From assembly GCA_951406725.2 (NCBI GenBank), contig OX597829.1, forward strand, positions 17,174,001-17,238,000: 64,000 bases of DNA, written 5' to 3'. Shown in pieces: positions 42,427 to 54,415 of this stretch (position 1 is its first letter; every line of letters starts with the position of its first letter). The position numbers and the translations under genes are program-made. The notes beneath the pieces were generated by a model. It was not told the origin of the DNA and made no database searches. It worked only from the letters and a program-made list of their open reading frames with translations. Source of the DNA: Octopus vulgaris (lineage: Eukaryota).

Positions 42427-43190
42427 GGGTGTCCAGAAAGTCATCAGACAATTAGAAAAGTTTATCAAAATTAGAACGGAAACAGGATACCGTTGAAATG
42501 TTTACATAATATGAAATAAGCAGTGAACTACGTACAAATAGTTAATAAATTTCTATGCGGACCGCATTCGTTGCCCGAAGGACATCTAAGCGATATTCGG
42601 TGTCTGACTCCGTCCTTTTTAACATACCTTCATCAACAGTCGCAATGGCGGCAGAATGGCAGTAATTATTCATTAAGGTCATTCAAGTTCTTTACTTTAG
42701 TGCGGTGCGTGATAGCTTTCGTTATAGCGCCCACAAAGGAAAAAAAATGTCTTTGGGCTTTATATCTGGGGAACGACGGTGGGGGTGCCAAGGAGTCGGG
42801 TCATCTCTTCCTATCCGGCGATTTGAAAACCTTTTATTCAAAAAATCTGTAACTGTTTATTCTCCAAATGAGGCGGTGCTCCATCTTGGACAGATTTCTT
42901 CTAGTTGTAGCACAACGCGCTCTTTTAGAATACCAAGGTAAGTTTCAGCTCTTATTGTCTTCCCCCCCCCCCCCCAAAAAAAAAGGAAAATGGACCAATG
43001 ATTTGTTGCACAAAATATCTCGCACCACGCATTGATGTTCGTTTCGATTGCCGTAGTAATATGATTTTCCGATCCCCAAATAATGCTTGTTAAATTTTCC
43101 AGACACATGGAAGATTGTATCATCCGTAAATTAAATTAAGGAAGTCGTGTTCTTTGATATTTTGCAGGGTTGCGGCAGCAAACTCTTTTC
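42424..43190 (-). mobile_element. Tc1/mariner-superfamily transposase pseudogene with right TIR
   Basis: IWGSEN..INAWC..; RRIGRDDPTPW..RSPDIKP.D.F (WPxRSPDLxPxD motif); terminal cagggtgtccagaaagtc. Confidence 0.8.
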
Positions 43191-43851
43191 GTTGCAGCTT
43201 GTCTGGAAGAATCGTTAACATGCCGGATAAAATGCTTAGCGACATTTGATCTGTCTTTATGTCCCGAGTTCAAATTCCGCAGAGGTAAATTTTGCTTACC
43301 ATCCTTTAGGGGTCGATAAAATTAGTACCAGTTGATTACTGGAGTCGATATAATTGACTTACTCTTTCCCCCGAAGTATATATATTTAAAGAATATTTGA
43401 ACTGGTAGCAAGTTTGCATTTAGATACATCACTGTGTGGCGCTATTATTTCGTGTATACATCTGAGTTCAAATTCCACCGGGGACGATGTAATCGATTAG
43501 TCTCTACCCTCAAATTTCAGGCCTTGTGCCTATAGTAGAAAGGATTATTTCGTGTATACACCCCACCCATATATATACATATATACATACATACACGAAA
43601 TTTAACAAACGCAAGATTTAATGTGATTTGAAACCCAGATAGCATAGTTATGGAACAGGCGTGTCCAAAAAGCCTGAAGGATTGCAGAGTACAACACCTC
43701 ACGCAATGTGCGGCGTTTCTTGATCGGAACTAATAACGGAACAATTAGTGTATATATATAGGAAGAGTTTACGAAAAAAAACAAAAGACGAAGACAGGTG
43801 GTGTACAAAACAAACAGAGGTATTAGTATAACGCTCAGGAATAGAAAAAGT

Positions 43852-43887
43852 CTTTTACGTTTCGAGCCTACGCTCTTCTACAGAAAG
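43852..43887 (-). ncRNA. Hammerhead-like motif, CUGUAGA family copy 3 (best preserved; element ~43760-43950)
   Basis: cuuu-CUGUAGA-A-GAGC-guag-GCUC-GAAA-CG-UA-aaag; stems I and II perfect. Confidence 0.65.
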
Positions 43888-43995
43888 GGACACAGAAAAA
43901 AACAAGGAGACAAAAAAATGTGTGTAGTGGCTAACGATCTATCATGGCAACTGACATGTATGTGTGTATATATATGTGTGTGTGTGTCTTTATAC

Positions 43996-44038
<43 letters not shown>

Positions 44039-44084
44039 AGTATGTATATATATATGTGTGCATATATATGTATATATATATATG

Positions 44085-44209
<125 letters not shown>

Positions 44210-44406
44210 CATTTTGTTAAAGGCTGTAGATTAAAAGTTGGACAGGAATGGCAAGAGACAGATTCCGTTGTAATGTTATAGATACAGACAAAGATTAATT
44301 AAGAAAAATAAGAATAAGAAAGTGTGTCGGTACCCAAATGTACTCATTACCTTACCCACACTTGCTTTCCTTTGCACACACACACACTTGTTCATATGTA
44401 TCTATA

Positions 44407-44453
<47 letters not shown>

Positions 44454-44769
44454 CTGTGTGTCTTTTTGTTTTTCTGTATCCTTGATTTGACTTCGGACAA
44501 TAGTTGTAAGCGAGTGTCACCGTGATGAAAGAGGCGTTCTTTGTGTTTCAATCTTCCACGTAATCATGTCTGGACATGGTAAGATCTTAGTTTACTTGGA
44601 AACTGGTAAGAGTTAACGACAGGAAAGGCATCCGGCGGTACAAAACTTGTTCGAACCATTTCAACAGGGAAAAGAATATTTTCAACCGATACATTTACAA
44701 CTTATCACAACTGCATCTTATAATGCAAATGCTTCAAATCTGTGCATGTACATATATTTCCTTAATTTT

Positions 44770-44997
44770 TTTTATTGCCCACAAGGGGCTAAACATAGAG
44801 AGGACAAACAAAGACAAACAAACGGATTAAATCGATTATATCGACCCCAGTGGGTAACTGGTACTTAATTTATCGATCCCGAAAGGATGAAAGGCAAAGT
44901 CGATCTCGGCGGAATTTGAACTCAGAACGTAACGGCAGACGAAATACGGCTACACATTTCGCCCGGCGTGCTAACGTTCCTGCCAGCTCGCCGCCTT
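44770..44997 (-). mobile_element. Full-length SINE family A with target-site duplication
   Basis: atgtacatatattt on both flanks (~44746 and ~44998). Confidence 0.88.
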
Positions 44998-45221
44998 ATG
45001 TACATATATTTACTTAATTGCTGTCATTTATCAATGGTTTCTCCCACTGTTTGTGTGCACCATATTGCCTAACATTGGGAAAACCGTAGACATTTTTGAC
45101 GACTCGGTAACGTAGAGTACACACACACACACGCACACATACACACCTCTTTCGTTGCATAGAACTCTTTTTGTTCATATAAATATCCACCAGACACACA
45201 TCAATATACATTTTCACACGC

Positions 45222-45278
<57 letters not shown>

Positions 45279-45301
45279 TATATATATATATATATATATA
45301 T

Positions 45302-45598
45302 ATCACCGTGACCGACCAGGCTATCAGACGTTGCTATACATCGCTGGTCACAATGCGCTTTGCATTGTTTTAGCCTTCAAATGACGCTGGCTAAGCGAGC
45401 AGGCCAACAGAAGAAAGAGTGGGAGAAAGTTGCGGCGAAAGAGTACGGCAGGGATCACCACCACTCCCTGCTGGAGCCTCGTGGAGCTTTTAGGTGTTTT
45501 CGCTCAATAAACACCCACAACGCCCGGTCTGGGAATTAAAACCGCGATCCTACAACCGCGAGTCCCCTGCCCTAACCATTGGGCCATTGCGTCTCCAC
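45302..45598 (-). mobile_element. SINE family C
   Basis: Near-identical to 40197-40487. Confidence 0.85.
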
Positions 45599-45617
45599 AT
45601 ATGTATATGTGATGGCC

Positions 45618-45680
45618 AGATAACCGAAGAGATGGTGTTGTAGATTTCCACCTCGACATCCGAAACTCAGAGCTTTATCT
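45618..45680 (+). ncRNA. Degenerate hammerhead motif in insert 45610-45785 next to (TA)n
   Basis: agauaa-CCGAAGA-GAUG...CAUC-C-GAAA-CUC-a-GAG-CU-uuaucu; 6-bp stem I, position 16.1 appears mutated. Confidence 0.55.
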
Positions 45681-45780
45681 TGGCTACCGAATAATTGTCA
45701 CATATTATTTTACAGATAAATTTCCTCTGTTTACATAATATTGAAGTCTCTTTCTTTCTTTTGTTATCTTACCGTTTTTA

Positions 45781-45866
<86 letters not shown>

Positions 45867-46429
45867 CTCACGAAATGTAATTGAATGTAATTGAATGTAA
45901 TTCTATTAAAAATTGCGTTACCCTACGCCTCACATTCGGTATGCACTAATGTGCATGCACTCATTATATATAAATATACTCTATTTCTATGCATATGCAT
46001 AAATGTATAAGCAATCTTGAATATCAGTTGGAGCAATTACTGAGATATATATCATTTTTTCTTTTTGTTTTTAATCTAAAATATAAGATATCTAGAAAGC
46101 GTTGCGGTTTGAAATATCTTTGATAAACACTTAAGATGTACGACGCTCTATTAACTACGCTCTATGTGCTGACGCGACTGAAAATACACACACTTAAGAA
46201 ATTATTACAGGAAATAATAGTTTTTGTAGCTTTATAATATATATAAAGTTTATATTGTAATTTGAATCCTTAAATATTTTCCTCATAAATATTATAACAT
46301 ATACTTTTTTAAAGTATACTTGTATGTATTTATAATAATTATTATTTTTAGTTAAGGTGGTGTACTGGCAGAATGATTAGCGCACCAACGTCATCACCAC
46401 TATTATTTTTCGACATCCGATAGATTCAA

Positions 46430-46960
46430 TCAATTTCCTATTGCCTCATTTGTTGCACCTCTGTGCTGGTGGTGTGGTGTGTACTGCATTTTATTTTTAT
46501 TTTTTGTTGGGATATTGTACTGTATCAGTATCTTTTTTATGGTGTTTGGTTTGAGTCTTCTTTGTACTGTGTATTGTTTGTGCAGCGCGGGTTGTGTTCT
46601 TCTATCGGGTAACAGCCTTCTAAGGCACATGCCGTGGGTTTTGTCCATTTTACTGGGTATTTACGGTATGATAAAATGATAGTATGTTGTCAACTTAATG
46701 TGACAATCCCATGAAAGGGAAGAATGTTGCTGTTATTTTGCCCTAGGAAACACCGTTTCCTGTTGAACTTGACACATTTCCTGTTGGACTTGACACATTT
46801 CCTGTGTCCTTATGTGTTCAAAGGGGAGATAAGCACCTCCACCCAGCAAAGCCAGCATGCTGAGACTAGTTTCAGAGTCATTGCCCATCATCAGTCTGGA
46901 GTAGCATGGCTTGCTAGCTGTCGATGCCTATCCGCCTTTGAAGACATATATTTCAAGTGA
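46430..46960 (-). mobile_element. Penelope-like remnant (probable endonuclease C-terminus, 21-bp tandem repeats, hammerhead)
   Basis: Frameshifted ..ALEGCY-IEEHNP-ALHKQY resembles the LE..I...P.LN.Q end of PLE ORFs; ttcctgttg(a/g)acttgacacat repeats at 46757-46805. Confidence 0.5.
46856..46908 (-). ncRNA. Type I hammerhead ribozyme with canonical core
   Basis: CAUGCU-acucca-GA-CUGAUGA-UGGG-caauga-CUCU-GAAA-CUAG-UC/UC-AGCAUG; bulged stem I, palindromic stem III ACUAGU. Confidence 0.8.
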
Positions 46961-47365
46961 AATGCATTCACTGATTTTTGAAAATAGAAATATATTGTTT
47001 CTACTTACTGTACGAGTTTATTCCTGTATGTTTTTGGAGTGTTGCATAATTGTGTGTGTTTATATCATAAATCAACTGTTTCATAGTATTTATGATTATC
47101 TGTCCACCGTTATTTCTCTTTTTGTTGGTTTTGTGATGGGCTCGTTTTTACAGCGTTTACTTTTAAAACTGAACACCGCCCATGGACATGTGTTGATGTT
47201 TCTTTCATATTTATAATTATTATTGATGTATCAGTGAGAGACCGAGAAGAAACAGAAATGTGCATATATATATGGAGGTCTTGTATAATTACGGATACAT
47301 ATTTTAATTAGAATTTAAAATTTTACTCACAGGTTTGCAGTGAATAAACCTGTAAAGCTATTCTT

Positions 47366-47455
<90 letters not shown>

Positions 47456-47482
47456 CAGATATATATATATATATATATATAT

Positions 47483-47550
<68 letters not shown>

Positions 47551-47598
47551 CCGTTAGCCACTACACAGATTTTTTCTCTCCTTGTTTTTTCTGTGTCC

Positions 47599-47634
47599 CT
47601 TTCTGTAAAAGTGCGTAGGCTCGAAACGTAAAAG
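47599..47634 (+). ncRNA. Hammerhead-like motif, CUGUAGA family copy 4 (decayed)
   Basis: cuuu-CUGUAAA-A-GUGC-guag-GCUC-GAAA-CG-UA-aaag directly after a (GATA)n tract. Confidence 0.45.
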
Positions 47635-47921
47635 ACTTCTAAATTCCTGCTTCGTGTTGGTTTCAGATTTGATCTATCTTCCCGGCAGCTCGCCGTCACA
47701 CCTCCATGTTGTTTGGTATTTTATCATCATCATCATTATTATTATATTTACTTGGAATGTGCAGTATCAGCACACATAGCTTGATGACGCCCTGCAAGTA
47801 GGGTTCCTGCTCAACGACCTCAGGGCACTAACTATAGATGTGTTGTTGGTCTTCAATGTGTAGCCATCAGAATTTCCAAGCTAGGAGCCTCCACACACAT
47901 TTTTGGAGGATTTGATATATA

Positions 47922-48076
47922 TAGTGGCTGTGTGGTAAGTAGCTTGCTAAACAACCACATGGCTCCGGGTTCAGTCCCACTGCGTGGCATCTTGGGTAAG
48001 TGTCTTCTGCTATAGCCCCGAGCCGACCAATGCTTTGTGAGTGGATTTGGTAGACGGAAACTGAAAGAAGCTCGTC

Positions 48077-48170
<94 letters not shown>

Positions 48171-48380
48171 ATTGTGTGTCTCTGTTTGTCCCCTTAGCAT
48201 TGCGTGACAACCGATGCTGGTGTTTTTATGTCGCCGTTACTTAGCGGTTCGGCAAAAGAGACCGATAGAATAAGTACTGGGCTTACAAAAGAATAAGTCC
48301 CGGGGTCGATTTGCTCAATTAAAAGGCGGTGCTCCAGCATGGCTGCAGTCAAATGACTGAAACAAGTAAAAGAGTAAAGA

Positions 48381-48381
<1 letters not shown>
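47922..48381 (+). mobile_element. SINE family B
   Basis: Near-consensus copy with internal (TA)n. Confidence 0.88.
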
Positions 48382-48414
<33 letters not shown>

Positions 48415-48416
<2 letters not shown>

Positions 48417-48740
48417 CTTACTTCAGTCATTAGACTGCGGCCATGCTTGGATATCGCCTCGAAGAGTTTGTAGTCGAATGAATCGACCCCAGGACTTATA
48501 ATTTTTTTAAACCTGGTACTTATTCTATCGGTCTTTTCTGCCGAACTTAGACGTAAACACACCAACACCCGTTGTCAAGCGGTGGTGGGGGACAAACAGA
48601 CTCGAAGACACACACAGTCATAAATGACTGGCTTCTTTTAGTTTCCATCTACCACGCCCACTCAGTCTGCGGTTATAATAGATGCTATTTGCCCAAGCTC
48701 TCATGCAGTGGAGATGAAACTGGAGTCATGTGGTTAGGAA
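48415..48740 (-). mobile_element. Older SINE family B copy, tail-to-tail with 47922-48381
   Basis: cagtcattagactgcggccatgct..tcgaccccaggacttat..tacttattctatcggtc. Confidence 0.75.
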
Positions 48741-51134
48741 ATAATCAATCATTTTCAACCTCTTTCTTTTTTTATCAATGAACTCCTTTAATTTCTATTT
48801 TAGTTTGGTGGACCCCCACCCCTATCGCCATTCGATATTTAAAAATTACTTTTATCGATACTTCTTTATAAATTCATTTTTTAATTTTCCACCTGCTGCC
48901 TTATGAAGTTTTGCCATATTACTCTCTGAGAGAAAATGTATCAGTAGCTGGAAACATGTTGAATTGTACAAAACATTATAAAAAGAAACTTCGCCGTTTC
49001 TTACAATAAATACATCTAAAAGCAAAATCTATTCGTGGACCCTTAGAATACTACTGTGGGACCCAATTTAGTACTTTGCTCGCATGGACTCCGAAAAAAC
49101 TTATATGGACCTCCAGGGTTCATATGTGCCCCGATTGTGAACTACTGGGCTTGACAATAAAGAAGGGGCATGCAAAGGTTTCACTAACCTACTCATACCG
49201 AATGAATTTCTCGAGGTTACCAATGGATAAACCGCATCGAGTTTTGCAGAACATATCTAGATAGAAAATTCTGTAGATCAGCAGATAAGGGCATCACAGG
49301 TTGTCTAATTTTAAAATCGTCGGCTATGCAGGCCACAACTTGTGACCTTTACGGTCGACTGGATAAAGTGTCATAGACCGGGACAAAGTAACTGGAAGCT
49401 GCATGATTTGCTACTGGGGCGTCAAGTTTACATAAACCGAGTAAAAGGAAATGCTAAATAAATGGTGGTCCGGTGTGGAAAGGGCGATGAGAATAGAATC
49501 AATGGAGTTTATAATGGAGCGATGGAGAAAACTAGAAATGAGGGAGACTTAGAAACTTAAAAGCAGTGATTAGCAAAGGTATCACAATTGACATGCTCGT
49601 TGTGAGATTGGCACTGGATTAATTCTTCAATGTGAAGTACGAAGATTGCATTTTCAGAGCCAAGGTACCCGCTCTAAGATTCGAGGTAGAGAAAGCCCCT
49701 CCGTGGTCCCGAAGTAGCAGAGGCGCAACCTGACAACAAAGCTACAATTCAGTCATTGGCGGACCATGATGGACGCGCGTTGGTGCTTTCCAAAGTTCCG
49801 TTTCTGTCATTGCAACCGGATTATCTATTCTATACCAAGATAAGTCACTTCTCTCCTTTTATATCCGGCTAATATGGCAGCAGTAATAATGAATTACATA
49901 AATTGCACGTGGCCTGCAATAATTTGCTTAATGACATTAAGTTACATGATTTAGATAAAGCTGCCATCATCGAAGCTAAGATTTTCTGAACACACTTACT
50001 CGCAATTCTTGTCTCCTACTTCCAAGTGGACGCAGTTATTTTGACCAACAAAGAACGAGATGGACGAAAAAAATGTTGTTTCGGAAAGGTCATAATACAT
50101 AGCTACAGACATCTTCTTGGATTCAAATGGAAAATCGTTGGTCCAAGAATAAATGGCAGAATAAACACTGACTACTAGTGGATGCTTCATAATACTCCGT
50201 TGTTATTGTTGTTGTTGTTAAGCAACAAGTCGGGTTAGGGTGATTAGGGGATGGTCTAGGGCTTAGGGGCGGGAGACCCCAGACCTTGGGAAAAAAAAAA
50301 AACTTTGGTCGTCTTGTTGTAGTCGAGGGCTCTTCGTTGACGCCCGACACCACTGGGAGGTGGCCCTCGAAGTCGCTGGAAATGGAGATCTCCAGGCCCA
50401 AATTCTTGAACGGCTTATACTCCGTTTGAAGCAGGGTGGACAGATTTCTTTAGGTATCTAGAAGCAGTCTTCTGTGGAAGTGGTGGTGATGGTGGCGATG
50501 GGGATGATGATGATGATGATGGTGATAGTAGTAGTGGGGATGATGGCGGTGATGATGATGACGATGAAGTTCTGGTGTAGCTTCCCGTTATTCGCTATTT
50601 TGGTGAACATAATGTTTTTTCCTTGTCTTCTATTGGGATCGTAATTTGGGAGGTAATTCCATTAGTGATATTTTGCTTTGTTTAGGGTAATTTTTCTATG
50701 GGGCGGATTCCCTCCCGAGGGAAGAAAAAGCTATTTTTTCTTTCAGTCCTTGCGATAGATAATGGAATAAAATTTAAATATTTGAAAAAAAAAAAAAAAA
50801 AAAACTAACCTTGTTGTCCAACCCCAGTAGATCATTCGTAAAGATCCATGAGGGAAATAATATCTAAAAATAAAATTACTTGTATCAGCTACACTTGTAA
50901 AAGACCAAGTTATGTCGGGAAAAAAAAAATTTCAGACGGAAATTCGCAGTAAATAATAACAATAATCCTTTCTAATAAAGGCAGAAGGCCTGGAATTTTA
51001 TGGGAAGGGACTAGTTGATTACATCGACACCAGTGCGTAACTGGTACTTAATTTATCGACCCGAAAGGATGAAAGACTAAGTCGATCTCAAATCTTAAAA
51101 TAAAACTGAATAATGACACACACACACACACACG

Positions 51135-51840
51135 CTCACACAACCGGTCAGATATCATTGTGTGGGATCACAAAGAAAGACATAGTGGAAAGCAGCTTCC
51201 CCTTGGACACGAATGGGGTCAGAAAAGACAAGGGAAAGAGGACATCAATGGATTATTGATAAGGAGTTTGTGAATCCAGTACCCAAGATACACTTTCAGA
51301 CTAATACTCATTGTTATTGGAGCAAGTAAAGGCGCGTGGCTCAGTGGTTAGAGCGTCGAGCTTACGATCGTGAGGTTGTGAGCTCGAATCCCGGACCGGG
51401 CTGCGTGTTGTGTTCTTGAGCAAGACGCTTTATTTCACGTTGCTCCAGGTCACTCAGCTGTAGAAATGAGTTGCGACGTCACGGGTGCCAAGCTGTATCG
51501 GCCTCTTTTGCCTTTCCCTTGGACAACACTGGTGACGTGGAGAGGGAAGGCCGTTATGCATGGGCGACTGCTGGTCTTCAATAAAACAACCTTGCCCAGA
51601 CTTGTGCCTCAGAGGGTAACTCTCTAGGTGCAAGCCCATGGTCAGTGTCTGACCGAAGGGGCTCACAATCACAATCACAATATTGGAGCAACGAGATACA
51701 TACAAACCCGTTTCGAGCAGAGTATGGCTGAACTTGGAATCTTGGGGAGAGAATGCAAATCCTTAATTCATACGCTACAGCTGATCCCGATATTCGGGAC
51801 CATAAAAATCTGCAAGACCTTCTTAAGATTTAAAGGATGA
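51135..51840 (+). mobile_element. RLE-type non-LTR retrotransposon C-terminus interrupted by a SINE
   Basis: HNRSDIIVWDHKE..E.SFPLD..KEDINGLL..YPRYTFRLILIVIGA / TRYIQT..GTIKICKTFLRF*. Confidence 0.7.
51326..51680 (+). mobile_element. SINE family D (tRNA head, short tandem tail) with 11-bp TSD
   Basis: A box ggctcagtggttaga, B box gctcgaatccc; (CACAAT)n tail; tattggagcaa at 51315-51325 and 51681-51691. Confidence 0.9.
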
Positions 51841-51957
51841 CGGTTAAATCATGATACTTTCCTTCGCAACCTTGCTACCAGGGCGATGGCCGGTTAAAAT
51901 TTATTCTAAATATAAAGAGAAAGAACGAAAGAATGAACATACGAACATACATACATC

Positions 51958-52297
51958 TGCTGAGACCCCCTTCGGTCATGACTGACCATGGGATTGCACC
52001 TAGAAAGTTACCCTCCTAGACACAAGTCCGGGCAAGGTTGTTTATGGAAGACCAGCAGTCGCCTATGCATACCAGCCTCCCCTCTCCACGCCACCAGTGT
52101 TATCCAAGGGAAAGACAAAGGTCGATACAGCTTGGCACCAGTGACGTCGCAACTCATTTCTACAGCTGAATGAACTGGAGCAACGAGAAATAAAATATCT
52201 TGCTCAAGAACACAACACGTAGCCCGGTCCGCGATTCGAATTCACAACCTCACGATCGTAAGCTCGACGCTCTAACCACTGAGCCATGCGCCTTCAC
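51958..52297 (-). mobile_element. SINE family D, inverted relative to 51326-51680
   Basis: Reverse complement of the preceding copy. Confidence 0.88.
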
Positions 52298-52339
52298 TCA
52301 CTCATACATACATACTTACATGTATACATAATTAAGATA

Positions 52340-53150
52340 GCTAATGAATTTAAGGAGGGGTATGGAATAAGAGCTGATACAGACCTCTTCTTTTGGAGCA
52401 TTGATAAAAATCTATTTATCAAAAAAAAAAAATTTTTTAATGGACCAGTTCACTGAGAAGGTATTATGTGGGTACTTGACACGAAAAAGACGAATCATAG
52501 AAGGGACTGATCATGTCAAAAGCTTGGTACGGAGTACCGATAAATCTATGACATCCCACTTTGAAGGCTGCCTCCATGCAAGTTATCTCACCAAGTACCA
52601 ACAGCATAAAAGGAAGAAAACAGACAGACAACACATATTGGCTGTGCAATACAAAGACTGAAGACAGCCAACTACATTATTGCCAACAGTCAGAGAATTC
52701 CTTCCAGATATCATCTTCCCATGGGGAATGATGTAGCAGCCAGAACAGTCTGAAACAGGATTAAAAGATAAAAATATACTTGACGGAGTTGGCTATACTG
52801 AGACCGAGGTATCAAAAGAGTATTTGGTGGAACTTGAAAATAAAACAACCACCAAGTTAAAACACAACTGGCCAGATGTTGTTTAGAAAATGTATGTTTT
52901 GTAGAGGAAATCAGCTGTGCCCTCTGGACACAGATGTGGTTAGAAAAATACAAGGGAAAGAGGACAGTTATGGATGTTTGTAAAACCAGTACCCAAGTTT
53001 CACTTTCGGCTTCATATACCAATCATTATTATTCTTGGAGCAACAGGATATATACCAGCCCATCTCGAGAAAAGTATGGCTGAACTTTGGATCTTGGGGA
53101 GAGATTTCTAAGATGATCAATAATCTTACTACTACGCAGGTGGCCAGTCT
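52340..53150 (+). mobile_element. Degenerate RLE-type non-LTR retrotransposon 3' region
   Basis: TSHFEGCLHA..TKYQQHKRKK..; KHNWPDVV..EISC-PLD..GKEDSYG..YPSFTF..LGATGY; paralogous to 51135-51840. Confidence 0.65.
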
Positions 53151-53219
53151 AAATCTATTAAAAAGAAAAATGGAACATATGTACATACATATAAATATAA
53201 TATACACAGTATTTAAATG

Positions 53220-53307
53220 CAAACTACTTATAGTTTCATGCTGTGGGAACACAATTAGGTTTATTTGCATATCATGCCTTGTGCCTCTAAGCAATCCTTC
53301 AGGCTCA
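53220..53307 (-). ncRNA. Degenerate hammerhead-like motif with long stem II beside (TA)n
   Basis: ugagc-CUGAAGG-AUUGCU...AGCAU-GAAA-CU-aua-AG-UA-guuug. Confidence 0.45.
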
Positions 53308-53314
53308 AATACAC

Positions 53315-53400
<86 letters not shown>

Positions 53401-54044
53401 CGATATATATATATATATGGTGTGTGTATATATATGTACAGAGACAGAGAGAGAAAGAGAGGAAAAGAACATACAGACAAACAGACAGCCACGCATGCGA
53501 CTGTAGATATAGATTGATAGGTTATATTTTACGACTTCTCTCTGATACATGTATATAGACAGATACGTCTCAATGTAAGCATATCTATATGAATGCATGA
53601 ATATATATATTGGCATATAGGTACATTTGTGTGTACGTTATAGTTATATATGCATTTTTGTACATTTGTATGAATGTATGTATACGTGTGTGTATGAATG
53701 GTGAACCTCCCCTACAGCCACATGCATATATGTTTATAAGAATAATACTATGTATAGCTGCTGATAAGCAAAAATACGTGTGCAATTACAGGATTTTGCC
53801 CCCGAACATGTTAAGACAGAATTACACATACATGGCATTGACACAAATATTTTTCTTTTTTTTTCTTCTTTTTGCGCAAATTGTTATCAACGGGTGAGAC
53901 ATGACTGTGTCGTTAAGAAGTTGGTTTTTCAACCACGTGATTCCAGGTTCGATCACATCGCACTGCACTTTGGCAGATGATTGTTGGATTGCTGTGTTTA
54001 CTACCGATAGTCTTTGATTGGAATTGAGTTGGCACAACAATATA

Positions 54045-54217
54045 TACGACGGGCTTCTTTCAGTTTCCCTCTATCAAATCCACTCACAAGGCTTTGGTCG
54101 GCCCGAGGCTATAGTAGAAGACACCTGCTCAAGGTGCCACGCAGTGGGACTGAACCCGGAACCATGTGGTTGGTAAGCAAGCTACTTACCACACAGCCAC
54201 TCCTGCGCCTATGTATG

Positions 54218-54252
<35 letters not shown>

Positions 54253-54415
54253 GACGGGCTTCTTTCAGTTTCGGTCTACCAAATCCACTCACAAGGCTTT
54301 GGTCGGCCCGGGGCTATAGTAGAAGACACTTGCCCAAGGTGCCACGCAGTGGGATTGAACCCGGAACCATGAGGTTTGTAAGCAAGCTACTTACCACACA
54401 ATCACTCGTACGCCT
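54045..54415 (-). mobile_element. Two tandem 5' halves of SINE family B
   Basis: Copies 54045-54210 and 54250-54415 separated by (TA)n. Confidence 0.85.

Noticed and set aside
49996-50190. 64-aa ORF ending at a strong donor-like GA|GTAAGT on the minus strand
   Set aside because: No recognisable domain, acceptor or partner exon; cannot be supported without transcript data
50230-50275. TTAGGG-like repeats as an interstitial telomere
   Set aside because: Only a few degenerate units; similar motifs occur inside MITEs here
51329-51400. tRNA-like sequence with A and B boxes (also other SINE heads)
   Set aside because: Continues into a SINE body with tail and TSD; not a tRNA gene
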